NCBI GenBank assembly: GCA_031835245.2
Contig: JAVKOQ020000002.1
Coordinates: 124,001 to 188,000 of the forward strand
Length of the DNA stretch: 64,000 bases
Reading direction: 5' to 3'
Origin: Balamuthia mandrillaris
Lineage: Eukaryota
This document shows positions 12,180-24,642 of this stretch, piece by piece. The notes below the pieces were generated by a model. It did not search any database. It saw only the letters and a list, made by a program, of their open reading frames with translations, and was not told where the DNA came from. Within the stretch, counting starts at the first letter, position 1. The number at the start of each line of letters is the position of its first letter. A program made the position numbers and the translations under genes.

Positions 12180-14683
12180 ATGTTTGTGTTGCGCAGTGGT
12201 TGCCTCACAAAACGCTCCTCGCTGTGCTGCTTATGTTTTTCGTCAAACGTGCAACACTTTCGCTGGGGTAGCCATGTACACGTAGAGAGAGGTAAGATCA
12301 CCGTTTGCCAAAACCACACTGGTTTTGCAGCTGAAACGACGAATAACAGGAGGGAGGTTGTTTCACCACAATGCCAGCCAACCTGGCTCATTGGAAAGGG
12401 CGACAAGAGCGCCATCGGGGCAATTTTCGGTGGTAAGGAAGCTCTGTGCGGAGGGCAAACTGAAGGAAGCCAAGTTGGCGTTGAGCAGTGAACCCAGCTC
12501 TGACGGGGCCATGGTGCTCATATCTGTTTTAGGGTCACGGAAGGACCTACATTCGGCCAAGGAAGTAGTGGACACCCTCCAAACAGTTGGATTTCGGCTG
12601 GATGTGCGTATCATAGGAGCACTGCTAAAGACCTACTGTGGAGTCAAGGATAGGGAGGCCGCCCTCCATCTGTTCGATAGCATGCAGTCGCGCTATGGCG
12701 TCACGCCCAACGCACAATGCTTCGGTATCCTCACTAATGCCTGTGGAGCGGCGGCTGACGCTGATACGGCCAAGCTTCTCCTGGAACGAATGCGCAGGCC
12801 TGGAACACTGTCCTTCGTTCCCAACGCCATTGACTGCTCTCAGCTGGCAAAGGCTTTCTGTAGGGCATCCCCCCCTCGGCTGCAGGATGCTATGACGTTA
12901 CTTCGATGGATGGAGGCTAACCGTATCATCCTCCACGAAGCCTGTTTTCGGACTATATTACGGGCATGTAGTGATTATGCTGGCCATGAAGCTACGGCCT
13001 CCAGCGGAGAGATAGCGAGCTGGTTGCTTCAAAAAATGCAAAGCCAGGGGAGCACCATGTCCTTCGTTCCCAACGCTATTGACTGCTCCCAGCTGGCAAA
13101 GACCTTCTGTAGGGCATCCCCCCCTCGGATGGAGGACCTCAAAGCTTTACTAGCCTGGATGGCCTCTCACCACGTCCCCATCAATGACAAATGCTTTGCA
13201 ACCCTCACCCATGCATGTAGTGTAGTGGAAGATGGAGAGCTTGCCAACAAGCTGTGGAAGACCCTGCAAAGAAACAGAACGAAGGAAGGAAAGGAGAAGG
13301 GAAGGGAGGTGGAACTTTCATTTGATTTACCAAACGAGATAGATTGCACGCAGTTGGCACAAGCATTGTGCAAGGCATCCCCACCACGATTACAAGAGGC
13401 CATGGATCTTTTCGACTGGACACAGAGCCACAGAATTAAACTTACAGATGAGGGTTTATACCTTGTACTGCTTAATGGCTGCGCGATGTATGTAGCTCCG
13501 GTTTTGGGACGGCAAGTCCATGATAAAATTACTGCCTCAGGACACAAGTGCTCAGATAAGCTCTTCGCATCATTAGTTAATATGTACAGCAAATGTGGCA
13601 GACTTGAGGACGCCCTTTCAGTCTTCACAGAAGCCTCTCAGCAAAGGGAATACGAAGGGCAGCAGCTTTCAGTGAGTGTGTGGACGGCAATGATACACAG
13701 CTATGGCCAGCATGGTCGCGCCAAAGAAGCCCTTGAGCTGCTGCAAGCGATGACAGCCAGGGGAGTACATCCCAACGATGTCACCTTGATTGCTGCCTTA
13801 AATGCATGTAGCCACAATGGGCTTGTGGAGGATGCAATGCACCTTTTCAATTCTATGGAGAGTAAATGGGGAATACAGCCTAACACCCGCCATTGGACCT
13901 GCATAGTAGATGCTCTAGGCCGTGCTGGTCACATTGAAAAAGCTGAGAAGTTGGTCCTCCAAATGAACAAACCTCAGGAGGTCGCATGGCGAACACTACT
14001 AGGCGCATGCAGGGGATATAGGTTTGTGCATTGTGTCGGTGTGCAATTCACCTAGATTGTCCATGTTCCTAATACTTGATTCTTTCACCTACTTACACAG
14101 AGGAGCTGAACAAGATCGCTACATTGATGTCGCCACACGAGCAGCAGAACAGATCTGGCAGTTATCTGAACCGGATGCTGCAACACACGTTCTGCTTAGT
14201 AACATCTATGCTGCAGCTGGTAGACAAAGTGATGCAACTAGGATTCGACAACGCATGGTTGACCTGGGTCTCAAAAAGATTCCTGGACAAACGTGGATAG
14301 AATTGCAGGGCGAGACTCATCACTTTGTGGCTGGCCAACAATGTTCCCCGGAGGTATATAAGGAATTACAGACTTTACAAACGGAGCTGAGCGCAAACGG
14401 ATATGTGCCGGACACTCGTTTGGTAACTTGGGATGAAGAAGAAGAGGAAAAAGTCAAACGGCTTTGTTATCATAGTGAAAAGCTAGCAATTGCTTTTGGC
14501 CTAGCGCACACACCACCAGGCACTCCCTTGTTGATAAGCAAAAATCTACGAGTGTGTCCTGATTGCCATACTGTAACCAAGTTGATAGCTAAGATTCGCC
14601 AACGGTCAATTGTTGTGAGAGATGCAAATCGCTTTCATCATTTCACAGAAGATGGCCACTGTTCATGTGGTGATTTCTGGTGA
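12180..14683 (+). CDS. DYW-type pentatricopeptide repeat (PPR-E-DYW) protein, probable organellar C-to-U editing factor
   Basis: PPR motifs (WTAMIHSYGQHG, WTCIVDALGRAG), E domain, PG box KKIPGQTWIE, HSEKLAIAFG, CPDCH, and C-terminus HHF..G.CSCGDFW. In-phase introns at 12292-12349 and 14022-14100. Presequence-like exon 1. Confidence 0.92.
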
Positions 14684-14811
14684 ACAAGTGAATAACAGTA
14701 ACTAGCCTTTACATTTTGATACATTTTGACCCATTTGCTCACCCTTGATTAAGGTTTTGTTTATTGTTTTATATTTTTTGTTTCTTTTTGTTTTTGTTTC
14801 TATTTTTGCTA

Positions 14812-17469
14812 TCAACACATAAGTAAGCGGTTTGTGTGAGGATTGTCTTTGCGAAGCAAACTGTAGCCACCACTTGTAGCAAATCCAGTCACTTTTAAGT
14901 TGGTAACATTGCCAGCAACAATCTCAATACACCACCAACCTTTATATTCAAATATCTCAATAGCAAATGGAGAAAGTTGGAATTGTACCCATCTCTTAGT
15001 AGTCTTTCTCTTAAGGCTACAAAGTTCAATAGGCTCTCTGCCAGTATTTTTTAAGCGAATCCAACCTGGCCCTGGGCTTAGCTTGTTGGAGGAAGGAAAA
15101 ATAATATAAAAATGGGTCGAATCATAGGCTGAGCCACTTTGGTCCAATCTTCTAAGTTCCTCTCCACTTACAATCAACACAGATTTTACTTCACCAACCT
15201 CCACCTAAATTACAAATAGCTCGGAAATAAGCACTTGGGAAAGTTGAAGAAACACAATGAACTAGATAGATACCAACATGATGTATATGGAGAGCAGAAG
15301 ATAAGATATTTTGGTGTTGGTTCAACTGGTCGTTAGCAAGTTGATCCAAGTGGGCAGCAAGAGTTTGAATTTCCTTGAGCACGTTGCGCATTAGTTGTAG
15401 GTCAATATGGCTTTCTGGTGTGTGCTTGATGATATCTTTGAGAAGTAGCTCATAACGAGGCAATCGTTGAATAGGCATCACAATCAAAGAGTCCAAGTGT
15501 AGCTTTGTGGACTCTTGGGAATCTTCTAGTTTCTGTGAAAGATAAGGTTAGTAATGGTTGGCAAACAAGGGAAAAGTCAAACCTTGACTGCTTTTATGAA
15601 CTCTGGGACAGTTTGCTGACACCAATGCAGCACCTTGTTGGCACTTTCAAAATTTTCATAATAGCGGTTATAAACTACTAGCGATGATAACTGAGGAGTG
15701 TATTCATTAATATGTAGCAAAAAAAAAAAAAAAGAAAAAAGAAAAAAGAAAAACAATGGACAAGAAACCTTCTTAGCAAACGTTGCTCCTATAGCAGGAT
15801 TCTCCTTATTTACTTCCAGACACAAGGCATTGAAAAGAGATTGATTGGTCACAAGGATGTCTTCAATATTGCAAAATATAATATCAATATGGTAGGGGGT
15901 TACAACTCCCAGTTTAGAGTTTTCTGCAGCAGCTTTTAATGGTTCATAGAAACGCTGGTAGAGAAGTTAATAAGTGATGATAAACCATTTAAGTTTGAGA
16001 AAGGAACATACTGTTGTTAATATTTCCAAAAATTCCACATATTTTTCTTCACTTGATATAAGCTCTGCTATGATCTTGGAGCGATGGCGATATGCTTTTG
16101 CATGCTCTGAGGCTGAGTACTCTCGCACTTGGGTCGGGAGGGTAAGTATTATTTTTAGTGTGAGCTGCGAACCAAAAAAAAAAATATTCAGTACCCATCT
16201 TCTTAAGCTTGCTATGCATAAGCCAGCGTTTCGCATGCCGTTGGCATTGGATCACTTGTTGGATGCGTTGCGCGTAGTGTAGATCTTTCTCTGCAGTATA
16301 TTCATAGAGGAGGCTTTGAAGAAGAGTGGATTTACGGGTCTTCAGTCGCCGTTGTTCTATCTGACGAATGGAAGCCGCCAAGTCCTGTTCAGAAATTGTT
16401 GTGCTATCCTGGAGGCAAAACACTTGGTGACTAGGCTTTATGTAGTTTCTGTTGACGGTGAACGTGCCCACACAGAAACCTTGCTCTTGTGAAGCGAGAG
16501 CATAAGATGAAGACGGAGAGAGCTCGGAAGCTAATGACGAGGAAGAGGAGGAGGAGGGAGTGAACGAGGACGAGGATTTGGATAACGATGGCTGAGAGGA
16601 AGTTGATGATAATAACCGTGTGGGAGCATTGACAGGAGGGGCTATTGAATTGGCCAGCGGGGACAGAGGGTGAATGCGCCAAATAGAGCATCTACCAAAC
16701 GACGCTCCAGAATTGATGTCTGACCACAAGCATAGGCCATCGTGCTCGAAACCAGGCGCTCCTGTGACCACCACGCTCTCATGAACGCAGCGAATAAGGT
16801 CCAAATCAGGTCTGCTATAACGAGAGTCCTGACTAGCCACGCAACCTAACGCCTTGTATCCTTCTGGAGGCACCGGTTCCTATTTATTCCGTTTAAGCGT
16901 TATAAGAGCGAGAACGAGAAAAGAGAAGACGGTTAGAAGACAGATGGGAAAGTACCCAAAAGGAACAACGGCCAAAGCTAGCACCAGAGCCCTTCTCCGT
17001 CCAAAGAAGGCGGTAGTCCACTGGAGGTACCAACAAAGGTAGAGTTGGATTGGTCTCTATCTCAGCAACGACGAAACAAGCCTCATCACGTTCTTTTACC
17101 TTTGAGACAGGAAAGCGGGAAGGGTCAAGAACCTCGGGATTCTTTCCCCGTTCAGCCATATCACCAAGCCGGTAATAACCTTTTTTAAAAAAATATCATC
17201 ATCATCATCATGTAGCGGCCGGAGGCAATGTTACTGTGTCTCACAAGCTAGAGAGATATGAAAGTCTTACCAGTGGGGGGAATGGGGCGAAGAATGGTAA
17301 CGGAACTAGGCGCGGCTCCCGTTTTGGAGTCATCCCACAGTTTCTGGAAGCGCTCAGGGCGGCAAACTTTGAGGCGAAAAGAAGGAAACAACTGGTCGGC
17401 AGGACCTGCCAGTGTCTGTGCCCCGGTCCCTGTGGGACTGTCCTTTTCCGTAAGCTCACTCCGCCGCAT
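14812..17469 (-). CDS. Vps62-like repeat region plus DH (RhoGEF) domain protein
   Basis: W.D..SGA...CSIW and PPEGYKALGCVA repeats (Vps62-like); ELISSEEKYV and SLIVMPIQRLPRYELLLKDIIKHTP (DH signatures). Confidence 0.8.
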
Positions 17470-17733
17470 CTTGGGCAAAGGGAGAAGGGGACAATAATCA
17501 GGGAGCTGGGAGGCAGGTGGGTCGGTGGGGTAACGTTTCAACCAGCGGCGTTCACCTTTTCGGCTTGTGGGCGGAATTTTCACGGGGCGCTGTGCCTAGT
17601 GGGGGTGACTCCTCTTTAACAAGAGGGGTCATTCCCAGCTGTGGCTGTCTTGCGTGGGGCTGGGGTTTCCCATCAGGCGGCGGAAAAAGCGAAAACCAAG
17701 CAAGCGCCGCCCTCGCAAACCTTTCTTCTGCTC

Positions 17734-19295
17734 ATGAAAACTCTCCCGGCAACCACCTTTGCTACCGCACTGCAGTGGGTTTATGTAACCCTGGCGCTGA
17801 CCATCGCCTTGGTCCTGTGGGGGGTTCCTTCCTCTGCCGCCGCTGCTCACGTGGTGTCGATGGAGGGGCAACTCCCAACTCCGGCCATCATTGTTAAAAC
17901 AAGAAACCTGGAAGCGCCCGACACCAGCCACACTCCAGTGGTTATCATGCACGGCCTTTTCGAGTCCTCTGCTGCCATGGTATGATCACTCCATGAGAGC
18001 GTCTCTCTCCTCACCATGACTGAACCGCTTTCCTGTTTTTTCATTGACAATGGCCACCTTCACTCCACTCTTGTGCATGTATAGGAGCCCTTGATGGACC
18101 ACATAAACCAAACATATCCAGGTGCTCCCATGGTAAGTCTCAACATTATGAACTACATAAGTACTCTGGAACCTATGTGGATTCAAGTTACGGCTGCCAT
18201 CGAAGTAATGAAACAGCTTCCTCCTCTTTTTGACAATGGGTACCATTGCATTGCTTTCAGCCAAGGTGCACCGCCTTCCTCCCTTCCTCTATAAGGATGC
18301 TCTTTAGAGCGCGATTAACCTCGTCTCTTTCTTTGTTGTAATTCATGTAACCGCCCAACAAAGGCACATTGGTGATGCGTGGAGTGATACACAAATGGCC
18401 GGAGCACAAGTGTAAACACTTTATTACGCTCTCCGGTCCACTTATGGGACAGTACGTCTATTCTACATTTCTTCTCCTATATTCGTAGCTTCTCTTATTT
18501 CGCCTCATTCTTCGTGTCCTTTTTCTACTTTTTCATGTCTTGTTTGTTCTTTCTTTGTTTTTTTCGTTTGTGGCCTCTCTCCTTCTTTCCCTTTGTTCCT
18601 CCTCTTCTTGCTCCTTCCTCGAAATTCTTACCTCAGTGATACCCTTGAATGAAGATTTGGGGACACGTCCTACCTACGCTATCTCTTTCCAGAGTACACA
18701 AGGGACTCCCTCTATCGAGTATTCTACACCCAAACAGCCCAGAATTGGATATCCATTGCCAATTACTGGCGAGATCCCTACGAGTTCGATTACTACAAAA
18801 ACGCAAGCGCTTTCCTCGCTCTCATCAACAATGAAAGGTTATTCTGTCCTGCTGTATTCATTTCTTTGTGTTTATTGATTTAGCGCTTCCTTTCCCACAC
18901 AGACGAACGAACGAAAGCGAGCTCTACAAGAAAAACTTTTTAAAAGTTAACAAAATAGTGGCGATAGGAGGGCCAGATGATGGGGTCATTCAACCCTGGC
19001 AAAGTGCTGTTTGGGGATTCTACAAATGTCCTACGATCTATCCCGCTCCTTTGCTTGTAACCCCTATGGAGTATGCTTTCACTTGTGCTTGTTGGTTGCA
19101 TAAACATATCTGATGATTAACCAAACATCTTCTGGTTGCAGTGAGCAAGAGGTGTATCAAAAAGACTTGTTTGGATTGCGGACAATAGTGGAGCGCGGAT
19201 CCTTCAAAATGTGTATTGTTAATAACGTGGAGCACAGCATGTGGTACTCCGACGAAGCGGTGTATCTTAAATGTGTTGCCCCATTTCTAGACTAA
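17734..19295 (+). CDS. Palmitoyl-protein thioesterase (PPT1/PPT2 family)
   Basis: Hydrophobic leader, [13 protein letters not shown] nucleophile elbow, [23 protein letters not shown] and VEHSMW (Ser-Asp-His triad). Confidence 0.88.
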
Positions 19296-19410
19296 TCTAG
19301 AGCCACTTGTAAGTTAAATGTATGTAATGTACTCTTGAGATTGGTTGCAGTCTTTGTTGTTGTTGCTGTCAGGGAAGGTTTTGTACGACGTGGTTTATTT
19401 CCATTCATTA

Positions 19411-21996
19411 CTAAGAGGAAGGAGAGGTAATGGCACCACCCGACGCACTACCAACCATCCGGGCATATTTAGCAAGCACTCCATGGGTATACTTTTGGGC
19501 TGGTGGCTTCCACTCTTGCTTTCTTCTCCTCCGTTCTTCCTCAGACACACCCATAAGATCTATGCTTCGCTTCTTCATGTCTATGCAGATGGTGTCTCCT
19601 TCTCGAAGCTCGGCCAGTGGACCACCCATTTGCGCTAATGTAATAAAATGCATGGAATCATTTTAAAGACAGCATCGACGAGGAGGGAGGGGGAGGGAGG
19701 GAGGGAGGGAGGGAGGGAGGGAACAAGTAAAAAAAAAAAACAGGCGAACCTTCAGGTGTGACATGACCAATCATAATGCCATGGGTAGCTCCTGAGAATC
19801 TGCCATCAGTAATGAGAGCAACATCCTTGCCCAAGCCAGCCCCTACTATTGCACTCGATACTTGCAACATTTCGCGCATGCCAGGACCACCTCTTGGCCC
19901 TTCATAGCGGATCACCACCACGTCTCCCTTCTTTAATTTTCCTCTTTACATTTGTTAGAATGGTTTGGCTATCAACCCAAAAGAGAGGAGTATACTTGAG
20001 AACAGCAGTAAGGGCTTCTTGCTCACAATCAAAAACGCGGGCAGGACCTTGAAATTTTTGCAGCTCCTTTCCGCTTAGTTTTATAACAGCGCCTTCTGGC
20101 GCCAAATTGCCATGCAGAACTACAATATGGTTCATGGGGGGAGCCAATGGTTTTTCTAGGGGGCAAATGACGCGTTGTGGGGGCAAGGAGCTCAATGCTG
20201 CAACATTTGCCAAGTTTTCTTCCAACGTTTTTCCAGTGACAGTCAAACAATTTCCGTGAAGTAGGCCTGCATCCAATAACATCTACATTACATAGTTGTT
20301 AGCAATGGTCCAATAAGAGGGTAGGAGAGGGAGAAAGAAAACTTACTTTCATAACCAAAGGCACACCTCCTATATGGTGCAAGTCCTCCATCAAATACTC
20401 GCCAAAGGGTTTGAAATTGCCGATGAGTGGTACCCGGGATGCAATAGTGTTAAAGTCTTCTATGGAAAGGGGTACATCAGCCTCACATGCAAGTGCGAGC
20501 AGGTGCAGCACTCCATTGGTGCTTCCGCCAAGTGCCATCATTACCTATTTGCATGTAGAAAAGGCTGCGGTAAGTTGCTTACAGCCTTTCTTCCGGGTGG
20601 TTAAGGAGGTTACCGTGATGGCATTCTCAAAAGCTTGGCGGGTCATTATGTCCCTAGTCCGTATGCCTCTTTCCATCAAGTGGCGCAATGCGCGCACGCT
20701 CTTTCTACAATCCTCTGCTTTCTCTTTTGAGGTTTTGTTGCTCCGATCAACTGCAGGATTGGAGGAAGAACCAGTCACGCTCATTCCCAGAGCTTCAATG
20801 GCGGATGCCATGGTATTTGCTGTAAACATGCCCCCACAAGATCCATGTCCTGGGCAGGAATGGCACTCAACTAAAAGTAAATGAAGGGATAGAAATGCAT
20901 TAATATGCGCACAAGGGTATGTGCACTGGTACCAGAAAAAAGTAACGTTGCGTGGAACATTGTCGAATAGGAATAGTAACAGTACTTTGATGCAATTCTT
21001 CTTTTGATATGCTGCCAGAGGCGTAAGCTCCAATTGCTTCAAAGGACGACGCTATATTTAGGTCCTTGCCCTTGTACTTGCCTGAAAGTATCGTCCCTCC
21101 ATAAAGAGTCACTCCTATTACCAAAACAATAAGCAATGGGTTGGATTTAAATCCGCCGTAGACTCCACTTCATTACCGATAGCGTTATTCCGTGCAAGAG
21201 GCATAAGTGCCCCTGGGATCGTTTTGTCGCACCCACCGAGAGTGATGATTCCGTCTGCATTATAGGCTTCATACATCATCTCAATACAGTCAGCAATGAG
21301 GTCTCTACTAGCAAGCGAATATTTCATGCCCTATTCATTCCACGATGCACGGGCATTGGAGTTGGGTTTGGTCAGGGCTGCAAGTTGTACAAAAAACAAG
21401 AAAGAGAGAGAGAGACCTCGGTGCCCATTGTTTCACCGTCAGATACGACCGGAGTGCCAAAGGAAAAGGGCTTGCCTCCAACAGCCACCACTTCCTCTTT
21501 GACAAACTCACCAAGGGCACCCAAGTTACTGTTGCATGGTAAAATGTCGCTTTGGGGACAGGCCACAGCGACAAGAGGCTTCTCAAAGTCTTGGTCATTC
21601 CAGCCGACGGCCCTCAGCATGGAGCGAGCGGCAGTTCGTGTGACCCAATTGTCTTGCCCTACGTTGCCGGTCAGCACCCCACTATTGTATGTTTCAGGGG
21701 AGAGGTTGGTGGTGTGCAGGTTAGACAACGGAAACAGAACAGAGGACACTGGAGTCGTCAAAAGCAGCACTGCCGACGATACCTTCGCTGTTTCAGTTTA
21801 CGCTCATCTGAATGATGAGTGACGAAATAAGGTCAGAAACCAAAATACTGGTGAAGATGATTGGGCAGAGAAAGTACTAACCACTTCCAGCGGCAAATTG
21901 AAGGGCAGAAGTAGTGGAAAAGGGTCGTCCCTTAGACAGCCTCCTATTTAAGCATGCTGAAGGCAAGGGGTTACGCAGAAGGGCCAGTTGTCTCAT
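19411..21996 (-). CDS. ILV3: Dihydroxy-acid dehydratase, with predicted mitochondrial presequence
   Basis: [61 protein letters not shown] and GHVTPE. N-terminus [28 protein letters not shown]. Confidence 0.95.
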
Positions 21997-24264
21997 TACT
22001 ACTTGCTGGCCAGCGGGCTCAAAAGAAGGAAAAACTGCTTGGGGTGGAGGAAGGAAAGCAGCAAGCTCCAATAATAATAATAATAACGAGCAGCTCTTGA
22101 TGTTGTTGTTCTTTGGTGGTGGCGGTGGCTGCTGGGCAGATGTGTGGTGGGCCTTCCTTGCTCGTGTCAATGGCCAGCGGGTGCTAACGCCGCAGCAGCA
22201 ACCAAGCCACTTTCGGCCCACGAAAAACGGTGGAAAATTGGCCGCATTTTTTCGCTTTTTGGCAACAGCGCACAAGCAAACACATCACAAGAAAAAAAAA
22301 AGCTGCATTGAATGGGTCGTCATCAGCATTTGACTTCAATTTTACCTTGGCTCGTCATCACCGTCGTCCGCTTTTCGCCTTCATCTTGCTGTTTGTATTA
22401 ACAAGCTTCAAAGGCAAAAACAAAGATAGAAGACATCAATTACTTACTCTAGCTGTTTGCAAGTCAACAACATCCAAGCCACAGTTGGGAAGCAAAATGC
22501 TCTACCTGTTTGCCTTTCCTCAAACTGTTTCCATCTCAGTACTCCTGATATGCTTTTTGAAGTAAAGGATGGTTTCACGTTTAGTGAGGACAAGCCAAAT
22601 CATACAAAAAGGGACAAATGATTAAAAAGGCGTGTATTCCAGAAGAAAAAAAGAAAGACAACAGGAGGGGTTCTTTATCATTGCTTTAGAGTACACCAAG
22701 AGAAAGGGGAAAAGGAAAAGAAATGATAAGGGGATTAAGGACCCACTTATTGTTGACAACTGCCAACATAACCAACGCATTGCTTCTTTCTTTGTTCATC
22801 CTCAGCTTACATCAGCACCTAGCCCACCAGCTTCTTGTGATTTCCCATAGATTTCTCTTGTGGAACTTAGGAACTTTCCTTTCTTCTTTTTGACATGTGG
22901 TTTCTCTTGATTGGTTCTTTTTCTCATTCATTTTGTCTTTCTCTTTCTTTATTTTCTCTTTTCTCTTTTCTCTCTTTCTTTTTTTCTTGGAACAGGAACA
23001 AGTAACAAACACACACACACTGTCATGACACTTTCTTTCCATTAAAGCCTATTCTTGGTCTTGTTCACTTGTATTCTTGTATTTACAGGTCGAGTTTAAA
23101 TTATTACTTCCTATTTATTGTATAAAGACCTAATTTTATAAAGAAAATAAATGAGCTTCTTACTTACTATAATATGATGAGTAATAAGCAATGGGCACTT
23201 TAATCTTGCTGCTTGCCTAGTGAATGATTACTATATGACCAAAATTTTTGTCTTATAATTCCACCCAAAATTAACTACCATATTTTTGGATGCTTTTCCC
23301 TGCTTATCTCCTCCTTGTGTAATGTGCTTTTTCCCTTTTTAACAAAACTTCATATGTAGGTGGTGTTTGCTATTTGTGTGGAGTTTACTGCTAAATAAAG
23401 TTTCCTCACCTGTTTGAAATGAGTTTCTTTGCTAATTGTGATAAGGCCGGTAGGGAAACAACCTAATGGACACCAACTCGATGGGTGTAGGGAAAAAGAC
23501 CTTTAATGAAATGAAAGAAAGAGATATATATATACAAGGAGAGATAGGGATAGGTATTATGGGAGAGTGGTATAACATAATGGTTGATAAATGCAATTCA
23601 ACTGTCATTGTCAACACATCTCCAGCAATGAAAAAGCACAGATGAAGAGAGCCATATATCACAGTGAGTATTACTAACACAAAAACAAGAACAATAGAAG
23701 AAAAAAGTGTAAGTTGCTAAAAAGCTATAATGGGCAACAAAGCACGGCCTCAAAGAGGAAACAGCTAGCTTAAGCCATTGCTTTTTTTCTTTCTTCTCTT
23801 TTTTCTGTGTGTTTATACAAGTTCACAACTATTGAAAAGGATAAATTAAAGGCATGTGAATGTCATGTGGTGTGATCTGATTGATAGAATGATGTCAACT
23901 AGTTAGTTAAATCCAACCTCAAGAATAAAAGAGTTGGTGACAAGACAAGAGGTGTATTCAAGAGAATAGAGGAAGGACAGCAAGAGTGAATCTTTGATGT
24001 TGCTTCAAAGTATACTAACAAAAGGGAAAAAGGGAAAAAGAAAGGATGAAGGATACAAAAAAAAGGAGCTGAGGGTCCAGGATGGATGAGAAGTCTTGAG
24101 ATATGTGTTGGTGATTTTACCAACATATACACATGAAGTAGGTCTTTTGAATAAGAGCAAACCAAGAACTGCCCCAATCATATCTCTTCTATGTGAGTCT
24201 TGAATGAGAAAGAAAGAGAGAGATTGGCAGGATCCAAGACCCGGTTGTGACATAAAGCACACAA

Positions 24265-24640
24265 AGAAGTTTATTTGCTCTGAGAGTAACATCAAACCAT
24301 ACATAAAAAGAAAGCTTTATACATACTTAGTGTACTCTTATTTCCCTCATTCTTAATACTTTCCTAATTGTTATTCACAAGTAAGATATTAGATGAGCTT
24401 TCAGACTAGGTGTGTACTATACTATTTTTCTATCCTTTTCTTTACTTTGACATTGTTTCATCTCTTGAGCTTTGTTGCATTTCAAACCACTTGATAGGAG
24501 CTTTTTTGTACTGTCTTCTACAATCAGCTTTGAACAAGTTCTTCATTTTTAATCTACACTCCAAATTTTAAAGTAATCTTCCCAAAGATTTGGGCAACTT
24601 AACAGGAACTGTTTCTTCCTTTGCATTGCAACCAGGACAC
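24265..24640 (-). mobile_element. Old, degenerate 5'-truncated copy of the LINE 3' end
   Basis: Diverged match to 24650-25170 (shared AAGAAGTTTATTTGCTCTGAGAG and TCTTCCCAAAGATTTGG segments). Confidence 0.7.
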
Positions 24641-24642
24641 TT

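Noticed and set aside
2422..21996. Bacterial ilv operon contamination
   Set aside because: All four genes have spliceosomal introns, mixed orientation and eukaryotic neighbours, and three have presequence-like leaders.
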